Origin: a virus
Virus record (IMG/VR): IMGVR_UViG_3300025718_000002
Coordinates: 1-64,000 of that record
Direction: 5' to 3' (one strand)
DNA length: 64,000 nt
Shown: piece by piece, positions 19,482-28,116 of the stretch
Position numbering within the stretch: position 1 is the first letter of the stretch
Layout of the letters: every line of letters starts with the position of its first letter
Made by a program: the position numbers and the translations under genes
The notes under the pieces: generated by a model
What the model was told of the DNA's origin: nothing
The model's database searches: none
What the model saw: the letters and a program-made list of their open reading frames with translations, nothing else

Positions 19482-19538
19482 TTCCGATAATAGAAATGTA
19501 TCGGTCGTAATGTCCGATAACCATAACATTATCGGACA
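19482..19538. repeat. Cluster of GTCCGATAA 9-mers in alternating orientation (3 full and 1 partial copy) just after terS
   Basis: The copies are ttccgataa, atcggtcg, gtccgataa and ttatcggac. This is a candidate pac or terminase-binding site. Confidence 0.5.
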
Positions 19539-19589
19539 TACCCTGATTCAATGTAGCGATAACAGTAACATTATCACTAGTTAGAACTA

Positions 19590-19656
19590 TAAAGACCTTT
19601 TAAAGTGTATTGTGGCACGTGCTATGCGCTATATATGATTGTTTAAAAGGTCTTTA
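19590..19656. promoter_or_regulatory. 15-bp perfect inverted repeat TAAAGACCTTTTAAA / TTTAAAAGGTCTTTA separated by 37 nt
   Basis: Seen directly. It shares the AAAAGGTCTTTT core found in at least four other intergenic sites. Confidence 0.5.
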
Positions 19657-20003
19657 ATAGAAGGAAACATATTCATATAATGAAGCAATCAGCACAGCAG
19701 GGGGTGGCATGGGTGGGGCTTGCAATGCGTGATTGTGTGCATGTCGCGTACCCGTATATATAAAACTCTTAAATTTATAACACCTCCCTAAGACTCTACT
19801 TACAATTATTCCCAGTTATAACCTTTTCTATTCACAGAAAAATATTTTCTAAAATTTTAAGAACCTCTGGGCTACTGCCTAGGGGTTAAAAGGAGTGACC
19901 AACTATTTCAATAGCCAGTTTATCAACTAGCACACATATCAATGACCTAGCCTTTGCATATACAGAAGGTAAGAAATCAATAGTAAGTTTTCGTAAGCTA
20001 TTC

Positions 20004-21359
20004 ATGCCAGCACAGGGGGAACTAGCACCTCCTAAATTCCACTATGAATGGAATGATATCCTAATTAACTCTAAGTCTCACTTCTGTGTAGAAGCATTTC
20101 GTGAGTCTGGAAAATCCCAGCTAGTAATACGTGGACATACCATCTATAGACTAGTATACCCTAGTATAGATTATGACTATATCCTACTTATCTTAGCTAA
20201 CCAACGTACAGCTAGTAAGAAACTAAAAGAGATTGCAGATGAATACTGTTCAGATCCCATCCTGAGTGCTAACCTAGTGCGAGTAAAGGAACAATCTGAG
20301 AAAGCATTTTGTGCAGAGGTATTAGATGTACATGGTAACATTGTAGAGGTAAGAATTGAGGCTTATGGAAAGGGGTCTGCGATCAGGGGCTTGTCTTACA
20401 GAAATTCGCGTCCTAAGCTTGTGGTAATGGACGATTGTCAGGACAGTGAGTCAGCACAGTCTGAGACTACCTGTGACAAGGATTGGGAATGGTTCCAATC
20501 TGATGTAATGTTCCTAGGACAGAATACACGTATCTTTATGATCGCAAATAACCTAGGTGAGCGTTGTCTAATAGAACGCACCATAGCCAATGCTAAGTCC
20601 TTAAAGTTTGAGTGGGCTAGGATACCCATCCTTGGAGATGAAGGTAAATCTAATTGGGAAGAAAAGTACAGCCCTGCTTTTATTGAGGAAGAAAGAGAAG
20701 CATATGCAACAATGGGATCTATAGATGTATGGTTTAGAGAGCGCATGTGTATCGCAATATCCCCTGAAAATCAACGCTTTAAGAAAGAGATGCTTACTAA
20801 TAGATATGAGAAAGTTGCAAAAGACCTTTCTGTATATATAACTGTAGACCTTGCAATATCACAAAAACTAACAGCAGATTATACAGCTATATGTGTAGTG
20901 GGCGTAAATAGTGAGAACCATTGGTTTATCTTAGATATAATCTATGGACGCTTTGATGTTACCAGAACTATAGATGAAATCTTTAAAGCTGTAGTAAAGT
21001 ACAAGCCCATAAAAGTTGGGATAGAAAAGGTTGGGTATCAAGCTTCATTAGAAGAATACCTAAAGAAAGAAATGCCACGCAAGAATATATTCTTTAGCAT
21101 AGATGGGTTATCTCATGGAGGTAATAAGAAAGAGTATAGAATTGAAGCACTACAACCTAGATTCTCAGCAGGAACAGTGTGGCTACCAGAAAAGGCTGAA
21201 TGGCTAACTGAATTCACTAGTGAAATACTAGCATTCCCTAGAGGAAACCACGATGATTTAATTGATGCACTAGCGTATATGGAAAAGATTGCTTATGCTC
21301 CTTCTGGTGGGTGGGGTAAGGTAGCTACTAAAGATCTACCAATGGCAGGTGAAATGTAA
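20004..21359 (+). CDS. terL: Terminase large subunit (true start probably upstream at about 19905)
   Basis: VEAFRESGKSQ is a Walker A-like segment. The C-terminal nuclease region carries acidic residues. The frame is open from 19899. A strong RBS AAAGGAG at 19889-19895 has no ATG after it, which implies a non-canonical start. Confidence 0.75.
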   Translation: MPAQGELAPPKFHYEWNDILINSKSHFCVEAFRESGKSQLVIRGHTIYRLVYPSIDYDYILLILANQRTASKKLKEIADEYCSDPILSANLVRVKEQSEKAFCAEVLDVHGNIVEVRIEAYGKGSAIRGLSYRNSRPKLVVMDDCQDSESAQSETTCDKDWEWFQSDVMFLGQNTRIFMIANNLGERCLIERTIANAKSLKFEWARIPILGDEGKSNWEEKYSPAFIEEEREAYATMGSIDVWFRERMCIAISPENQRFKKEMLTNRYEKVAKDLSVYITVDLAISQKLTADYTAICVVGVNSENHWFILDIIYGRFDVTRTIDEIFKAVVKYKPIKVGIEKVGYQASLEEYLKKEMPRKNIFFSIDGLSHGGNKKEYRIEALQPRFSAGTVWLPEKAEWLTEFTSEILAFPRGNHDDLIDALAYMEKIAYAPSGGWGKVATKDLPMAGEM

Positions 21360-21382
21360 CTAAAAAATAAATATTTCAAAAT

Positions 21383-21423
21383 AGGGTATAAAATAGTTGA
21401 TTTTAACTACTACTTAGAGAGGG
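21383..21423. repeat. 41-bp element, copy B (see 17394-17434)
   Basis: Direct repeat immediately downstream of terL and upstream of the portal operon. Confidence 0.8.
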
Positions 21424-21558
21424 TGAAAATAGTGATTGATTTAAAGCTAACAGACAAAGAAGCACATGAACTTTTCCTATGGTTAAGAAGTGTTCCTCAT
21501 ACTCAGCCTCCAGAAGAAATTACAGAAATAGAATATAGGTTATGGGAGTATATAAGAA

Positions 21559-23679
21559 ATGCCAATGCAACTTGACGAACAGACCAAGGAAGAAATTAAC
21601 AGTAAGTTACAAACAGATATAGATGAAACTAAAATATATTATGAAGATAATATTGAAAAGAAAGTAATTAACAGATATGATATGTTCTGGGCAGAACCAG
21701 AGTATTATAAAAAGAAGTTTAAAAACCTATCTCGTAATAGTTCATTAACATCTTGTGATATTCAAAACACAATAGAATGTTTAATGCCTACGATCATGAA
21801 AACCTTTTTTGGAACTGAGAATGTAATTAACATCCAGCCAGTAGGTGATGAGGATGAAGAGAAAGCTAAAACTTTAGAACTACTTTTAAAGTATCAGTTA
21901 GAAAGAAAGAACAAAGCATTTGTAATATTCTATAACTGGTTTAAGGACAGTCTCATTACTGGCGCAGGGGTTATAAAGTGCTATTGGGATAGACAAGAAG
22001 ATCATAAGGAAGATACTCAGGTAATGTCTACTGATGCTATTTCACAACTTAGACAGAGTGGAGTAGAGATTGGAGATATGAAACAACTTTCTGCTGATAT
22101 GTGGCAAGTAAGCTACACTATCAAGAATATCCTAGTGAACCAACCTAAGATTGAAAACATACTTCTATCTGAATTACTATACTCTCCCAGAGCAAGGACA
22201 CTAGAAGAAGCACCATTTGTCGCACATCGTAAGAAAGTGACAATTGATTACTTGCGTAGAAAAGAAATAGAAGGTATGTATGAAAAAGGTACTGTAGATA
22301 AAGTAGTGGCTGAAATGCAAGATCCACAAGATACTCAACTAGAGATCCTTTTAATGAATGCTGGGAACAGTACCACACCACCTAACTATAACAAGGTAGA
22401 TGATGCACGTAAAGAGGTAGAACTATTTGAGTGCTATACTAAACTAGATGTAAACCATGATGGTCTATTGGAAAACTTAATAATTACTAAAGTTGGGAAT
22501 GTGATACTTAGGGTGGAAGAAAACATCTATGGTAGGCATCCTTTTTTTATATTAAGCCCTTATAAAGATCCTCACACAATCATGCCTAGGAAAAGCTATA
22601 CTGAAACAATTGGACAGTTACAGGATTTAAAGACAGCACTAACTAAAATGATAATGACAAACACTGCTATGACAAATGATCCTAGAATTGTCATGAGCGA
22701 AGAAGCTATTAACATTGAGGATTATACTTCTGGACGTTCTGTTATTCGTAAAAAAGCAGGGTTCAGTATGGCAGATGCTTGTCAGTTAATGCCTACTACC
22801 CCTATTGCTCCTTGGACATTCCAATACCTACAGTATATAGATGATCAACAAGCAGATCGTACAGGGGTCACTAAATACACGCAGGGCAGTGATAGTTCCA
22901 GCCTAAACAAAACTGCGAGTGGGATCTCAGCAATTATGCAAGCAGGAAACGCCAGAATTGATATGATTTGCAGAATGTTTACAGAAACAGCAGTACAAGA
23001 CCTTTACAGATTCCTAATTGAATTAAATCAAAAGTTCCTAGACCAAAACACAGTCATTAGACTAGCAGGTAAACCACTTACTATCACACCAGAAGATCTT
23101 GAAGGTGAATTTGATGTAATTGTAAGCACTGGATTAGCAATGGGTACTAAAGAAATGACTTTGATGAACATTCAAACAATTATAACAACAGCTATGCAGA
23201 TCAGTTCTACTCCTGTAGGACAATCAGTAATTAGCCCCAAGAATATATATAACTTACTAAAAAAATATCTTGAAGAACTTGGAATCAAGAATGCACAAGA
23301 GTTTTTATCAGACCCAGATGTAGTTCAGCAACAGCAAGAAATGATGCAAACACAAGCATTGCAACAACTACAGCAATTGTTTAATCAAATGCCACCAGAG
23401 ATTCAGCAAGCAATTATTGCTAATGGTGGGAATGTACCTATGGAAATGGTAGTTAAATTACCATTACAGATTCAGAACTTACTAAAAATTACAGGGGGCA
23501 ATATACTTGGACATGGAAACACAGACCCTAATGGAGATCCAGCAGGGCAACAAAGCACAGGTGGTAAAGGAATTTCTAGCCCAATGGCTGGTGGAGTACA
23601 AGGAGTGGGTAACAGCCCAACTTCTCCAGTGCAAAATGGAGGATATAATCCAGTTCAGAACTATGCACCTCGTAGCTAA
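21559..23679 (+). CDS. Portal protein
   Basis: Its size (706 aa) and position directly after terL fit a portal. It has a Q-rich segment and a Gly/Pro-rich disordered C-terminal tail. Codon usage in this frame matches the genome. Confidence 0.7.
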   Translation: MPMQLDEQTKEEINSKLQTDIDETKIYYEDNIEKKVINRYDMFWAEPEYYKKKFKNLSRNSSLTSCDIQNTIECLMPTIMKTFFGTENVINIQPVGDEDEEKAKTLELLLKYQLERKNKAFVIFYNWFKDSLITGAGVIKCYWDRQEDHKEDTQVMSTDAISQLRQSGVEIGDMKQLSADMWQVSYTIKNILVNQPKIENILLSELLYSPRARTLEEAPFVAHRKKVTIDYLRRKEIEGMYEKGTVDKVVAEMQDPQDTQLEILLMNAGNSTTPPNYNKVDDARKEVELFECYTKLDVNHDGLLENLIITKVGNVILRVEENIYGRHPFFILSPYKDPHTIMPRKSYTETIGQLQDLKTALTKMIMTNTAMTNDPRIVMSEEAINIEDYTSGRSVIRKKAGFSMADACQLMPTTPIAPWTFQYLQYIDDQQADRTGVTKYTQGSDSSSLNKTASGISAIMQAGNARIDMICRMFTETAVQDLYRFLIELNQKFLDQNTVIRLAGKPLTITPEDLEGEFDVIVSTGLAMGTKEMTLMNIQTIITTAMQISSTPVGQSVISPKNIYNLLKKYLEELGIKNAQEFLSDPDVVQQQQEMMQTQALQQLQQLFNQMPPEIQQAIIANGGNVPMEMVVKLPLQIQNLLKITGGNILGHGNTDPNGDPAGQQSTGGKGISSPMAGGVQGVGNSPTSPVQNGGYNPVQNYAPRS

Positions 23680-23986
23680 TCAGTTTGAGGCTAGGGTTAA
23701 TACCTACATTAGTAATGGAAAACTATCACAAGAGTATTTAGATGATGAGGAAGAAGGTGAAGAAGATAGCGAGTAAGAAAGCACCAGTTAAAACACCAGT
23801 AAAATCTCCAGCGTTCCCTATGCCAATGCCAACAAAAAAAGGTAAATGCTAACAGGAGGTGGTCAGCATGAGAAATCATGCTCAATAGATAGGAAGTATA
23901 GCTAGGTACTCAAAAGGTATCTAGCTTTTTAATTGAAAAAATAAAAACAGACCAAGTGGAAACACAGTCTAAAAGGAAGTATAAAA

Positions 23987-24997
23987 ATGAAACAACTTTT
24001 AATTCAATCTACAGAGGATTATAAATTCAACCTACAGTTATTTGCTGATGGTGAAAGTGATGCAGATGTAGATGAAAGTGGAACAACTACTGAGGAAGTA
24101 GACTCCACTAGTGAGGAAAGTATTGAGGAACAAAATCCAGAGTATAGCCTTGATGAAAATGGTGAGTTAGTAGTACACGAAGAGGATGAAGTGGATTCTG
24201 ATAAAGAACAACCTACTGAAACCAAAGAGGAAGAACTAAAACCACTAACATATAAAGTCAAGGTAAATGGTGAAGTTCAAGAGAAAACTATTGATGAATT
24301 AGTCAATGGTTATCAAAGACAGGAAGATTATTCTCGTAAAACACAGGAACTTGCTAGGCAACGAGCAGAGTTAGAACAACTGAGTAAAACTCAGATTCCA
24401 GCAGAGCAGTTAGTAGAGCAACAGAAAGATGTTTACAAAGAGAAGATTACAAAACTGTCACAGGATGCAATGAAGTTAGCCCATACTCGTTTACAGCTTG
24501 ATAAAGAAGATGTAATTAATGAGTATGATCCACTACATATTGCGTCATATCAAAACGCCTTATTTGAATTACAACAAGGTGAATTTCAGCAACAATTCCA
24601 AGTGAAACAAACACAGAAACAATACCTTGATTTGTTAAATGATTATAAAGGCAAAGAACCAGAAAATTACAATGCTATAGATGCTTATGCACACTATAGA
24701 TTAACACAAGAATTACCTAGAGCAGAAAGTGACAAAGTTCTTTTAGCAATTGAGCATGGGAAAATGGAAGTTGTCAGAGATTTTATTGATGACACTCGTA
24801 CCAAATGGTATCAACAAAACATGCCAGAAACAGTTAAAACTGTAGCTAAGAAAGCAAGTCCAACCCCACCTAAAGTTGAAGGCGCAGGCTCAGGTCTTAC
24901 GACCACAGCACCACCACGTAATAGAGACATGAGTTCTATTAGAGGTAAAAGCACAGATGAGCAAGTAGCGCAGATAATGAAATGGGGTTTAGCTTAA
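23987..24997 (+). CDS. Scaffolding protein (acidic, coiled-coil)
   Basis: The N-terminal region is strongly acidic and the rest is a long helical region. It lies between portal and capsid genes. Confidence 0.55.
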   Translation: MKQLLIQSTEDYKFNLQLFADGESDADVDESGTTTEEVDSTSEESIEEQNPEYSLDENGELVVHEEDEVDSDKEQPTETKEEELKPLTYKVKVNGEVQEKTIDELVNGYQRQEDYSRKTQELARQRAELEQLSKTQIPAEQLVEQQKDVYKEKITKLSQDAMKLAHTRLQLDKEDVINEYDPLHIASYQNALFELQQGEFQQQFQVKQTQKQYLDLLNDYKGKEPENYNAIDAYAHYRLTQELPRAESDKVLLAIEHGKMEVVRDFIDDTRTKWYQQNMPETVKTVAKKASPTPPKVEGAGSGLTTTAPPRNRDMSSIRGKSTDEQVAQIMKWGLA

Positions 24998-25026
24998 AAG
25001 GTGTTCTAATATTAGGAGGATAATAT

Positions 25027-25917
25027 ATGAGTTCATATACTGGAACAGCCGTAGGAAATCGCGAGGATTTAAGTGATATTATTACAAATATCGCGCCAGA
25101 TGATGCCCCACTGATGGGTAAGTTTGGTAGAGCAGACGTAAAGGCAATGGCACATAGTTGGTTAACTGATTCAATTGGTACACCTTCTGTGAATAAACAC
25201 CTTGAAGATGCAAGTTATTCTGTAGCTAACGCAACTCCAAGACTACGCTTAACTAATTTTGTACAAATTTTCATGAAGGGTTATTTTGTAACAGAATCAC
25301 AGGAAGTAGTTGCCAAAGCTGGTATTAAAAGTGAAATCGCCTATCAAATGGCAAAAGCAATGAAGGAAATTGCGCGTGATGTTGAATATGGTATTATTAA
25401 CAATGCTACATCTACTCAGGGTGATGCAGTAACTAGTGGTCAGTTTGGTGGTATCCCTGCCTTTAATACAGTTAACTCTGTAGACATGGGTGGAGTAGCA
25501 TTAAGCACTACTGGAGCAGTAGGTGGAGAAGCTAAGTTCAATGATGCAATGCAACTTGCATGGAACGCAGGGGGTAGCCCAGAAATTGCATTGTGTAGTG
25601 GTAAAAACAAACGTGCTATTTCTAACTGGTCAGCAAATACCCAAAAGACCAGAGGTCAAGGTGAGAAAACTTTAATAAATGTCATTGATGTTTATCAAAG
25701 CGATTTTGGGGTAATTAAATTAATGGCTCATAGACTTCAACCAGATTCACGTATTGACATGCTGGAACTACAGTATTTCAAACTTGCTTATCTGATTCCC
25801 TTTAAGACTATGGACTTGCCAAAAGATTCCTTGAAAACAGCCAAAGTTATTACTGGTCAATTAACTATGGAGTGCAGAACTAAGAATGCACACGCAGTAT
25901 TGACAAATATAGTCTAA
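25027..25917 (+). CDS. Major capsid protein (HK97-fold-like)
   Basis: Its size (296 aa), its position after the scaffold and a strong AGGAGG RBS fit a major capsid protein. The sequence character fits phage_capsid family members. Confidence 0.65.
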   Translation: MSSYTGTAVGNREDLSDIITNIAPDDAPLMGKFGRADVKAMAHSWLTDSIGTPSVNKHLEDASYSVANATPRLRLTNFVQIFMKGYFVTESQEVVAKAGIKSEIAYQMAKAMKEIARDVEYGIINNATSTQGDAVTSGQFGGIPAFNTVNSVDMGGVALSTTGAVGGEAKFNDAMQLAWNAGGSPEIALCSGKNKRAISNWSANTQKTRGQGEKTLINVIDVYQSDFGVIKLMAHRLQPDSRIDMLELQYFKLAYLIPFKTMDLPKDSLKTAKVITGQLTMECRTKNAHAVLTNIV

Positions 25918-26032
25918 GTTTAGTATGAGGGGTTTATCCCCTCTTTTATTTATGGAGGTTGATTTATTAAACTAAATTTACTTAACCACACAAAAGACAA
26001 AAGAATACAGTAACGTAATAAGGAGAGATTGA

Positions 26033-26269
26033 ATGTTTAATATTAAAGGTGATGTAGATAAAATTGTAGGACAATTACCATTTGTTGCAGTTAAAAAAGA
26101 TCTAGGTGCAACATTTGCTAATGTAGCTACAGAGTTAGCTAAATATGTACTTGACGCTAGTACACCAATGGGTTTTGCAATTATGGAAAACACTAACGCG
26201 ACAGGCGCAGGAGTACGTTTTTATGTATATGCTCCAGGAACAGGCTGGAAATACGTAGCAGTAGCTTAA
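26033..26269 (+). CDS. Small capsid-associated protein (hypothetical)
   Basis: ORF track with an RBS. Confidence 0.4.
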   Translation: MFNIKGDVDKIVGQLPFVAVKKDLGATFANVATELAKYVLDASTPMGFAIMENTNATGAGVRFYVYAPGTGWKYVAVA

Positions 26270-26346
26270 TAATCTAAATTGGAGTTGTAGGGAAAGACGT
26301 TTCCTTATGACTCCTTATTTTTTTATCTAAATAAGGAGGTTAATAT

Positions 26347-26643
26347 TTGAGAGAGCAATTCCTAGATATACAAGAGCATGGTAGAAAGATCATTTTAATT
26401 AATAAGATTAATATTGATGAAATAGTAAGAAATAATTACCAAGAAAGACTATTAAATCCAACAGGGGATACGATAGGTAAGACTATGAAAAAGATAGCTT
26501 CAATTCCTGTAGATGTTTTGCAAACAGACCAAGATGGGATTTACTTTATGGACGCTCAAAGTGCTTCGCCAGAATGTTTAGTAGCATTAACAAAGTTTTT
26601 AAGTAAAAATCCAGAATATAAAGCGAGTAATGTAAGATTATGA
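26347..26643 (+). CDS. Hypothetical structural protein
   Basis: ORF track. Confidence 0.4.
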   Translation: MREQFLDIQEHGRKIILINKINIDEIVRNNYQERLLNPTGDTIGKTMKKIASIPVDVLQTDQDGIYFMDAQSASPECLVALTKFLSKNPEYKASNVRL

Positions 26644-27170
26644 TAGTAAAAAGTTTATTAATTAACCTTAAACATCTTTTAAATGACCTTAATGGTATGA
26701 AGTATAGTATGTTTGAAATTCTACAAGTTATGAATATTGTAATAGCTGTTATAAATAGGGCATTAGCCTATAAAGATAGTTATTTAGTTAAGAAAAAAGT
26801 ACCAATAGTATTTACAGAGGGCATTGCAGATGTACCTAGTGATTTTAATGGTTTAATTTCCCTAATGAATGGATCAGATGAAATTAAAACACAGCTTTAT
26901 ACTTTCTTTGGAAATCAAATAGAGTTAAGCGCAAACGTATCAGCTAACACTATTGTCTATAAAAGAACTTTTGATGTATTAGTAGATGGTAACAGTGATA
27001 TACCATTACCAGATAGCTATTCACCAATCATTAATAAGTATGTTAAAGCAATATTAATGAGGGAATTATCAGATGATAAGGTATTTCAAGCCATACTATC
27101 AGATATCAGTAATATGTCTAGTGGTAAAGATTATTCAAGTATGGAAAGAGATATGCCATTTTATTTATAA
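26640..27170 (+). CDS. Head-tail connector/adaptor candidate
   Basis: Its position and size fit. It is translationally coupled to its neighbour. Confidence 0.4.
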   Translation: MIVKSLLINLKHLLNDLNGMKYSMFEILQVMNIVIAVINRALAYKDSYLVKKKVPIVFTEGIADVPSDFNGLISLMNGSDEIKTQLYTFFGNQIELSANVSANTIVYKRTFDVLVDGNSDIPLPDSYSPIINKYVKAILMRELSDDKVFQAILSDISNMSSGKDYSSMERDMPFYL

Positions 27171-27203
27171 GCAAGTTAACAGAAACAGGAAAGGAGAAAC
27201 TAC

Positions 27204-27644
27204 ATGACATTAAATGAGATATTTATTCCAGTAAGACAAAAGTTAAATGATATGCAAAAACTACACTTTAGCGATCAAGAATTAATACAGTATTTTAATA
27301 GATCATTATCTGATTTATGTATAATTTTGTCTAATGCTAAAGATCCAGAAGTAATGAGTAAGTTCACTATTACTGACGCGATTAGTGTAAATAGACCTAT
27401 AGATTTTATTAACTTTGTTGGTGCGTATCCAGTAGAGATATATACTGAGGCTGGCGTGGTTAAGTGTAAAGCATTAGATGATACCTTTATTGGGACAATG
27501 GATATTAAGTATTTTGCTAGTAAAAGTAAAGTAACAAGCTTATCTGATACTGTCCCATTTATTAGACAACAGGATATTTCAGCACTAATTGACAGTGTTT
27601 TTGGCTATGCAAGTACAAGAGATGGTAAGGCAGTAGCACAGTGA
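27204..27644 (+). CDS. Head-tail joining protein candidate (paralog of next ORF)
   Basis: It is similar in length and pattern to 27656..28111 (N-terminal acidic helix, then ...ITD/ITT..P..F). Confidence 0.4.
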   Translation: MTLNEIFIPVRQKLNDMQKLHFSDQELIQYFNRSLSDLCIILSNAKDPEVMSKFTITDAISVNRPIDFINFVGAYPVEIYTEAGVVKCKALDDTFIGTMDIKYFASKSKVTSLSDTVPFIRQQDISALIDSVFGYASTRDGKAVAQ

Positions 27645-27655
27645 GGAGGTATTAA

Positions 27656-28111
27656 ATGTTAGCTTCACCAATTATAACAAATATTAGAAGTAAAATTGAC
27701 GATCAAGATAGTCAAGAGTACGAAGATGAGCAAATTGCAAGTTATATAAATGACGCTATAGATCTTGTTTGGTTACAGTTAGTAATGGTAAGAAATAATG
27801 AGGTTATTGCAAAACTAACTATTACGACACCATCTCAGACACTTCCTATAGACTTTCAAGCAATCGCATGTAGAGAGCCAGTAAGTATTATTGGAAATAC
27901 CATAGAAGCATATGGGACTTTACCAATGAGTGTTTTGTATTTTAAAAGTCCACAACATATTGTAGATGGAAATAGTAATATGCCATTCATGAATGCAACG
28001 TTTAATAATGTAGTAGCGCAAGTGGCAAGTTATATTTTATTAAATAAGAGTGAATTTGATATTACTCAGGATAAAATGTTAACTGACGAGTTAAGGAAAA
28101 TGTTGATTTAA
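27656..28111 (+). CDS. Head-tail joining protein candidate
   Basis: ORF track. It is a paralog of the previous ORF. Confidence 0.4.
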   Translation: MLASPIITNIRSKIDDQDSQEYEDEQIASYINDAIDLVWLQLVMVRNNEVIAKLTITTPSQTLPIDFQAIACREPVSIIGNTIEAYGTLPMSVLYFKSPQHIVDGNSNMPFMNATFNNVVAQVASYILLNKSEFDITQDKMLTDELRKMLI

Positions 28112-28116
28112 GGTAG

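Noticed and set aside
23507-23776. 89-aa ORF overlapping the 3' end of the portal gene in the +1 frame, with a protein-like helical translation
   Set aside because: Its codons are strongly G/C-ending (cag, gag, gtg, ctg). This is atypical for this genome. The portal frame over the same bases uses the genome-typical A/T-ending codons. It is treated as an alternative-frame artefact, although a frameshifted portal C-terminus cannot be fully excluded.
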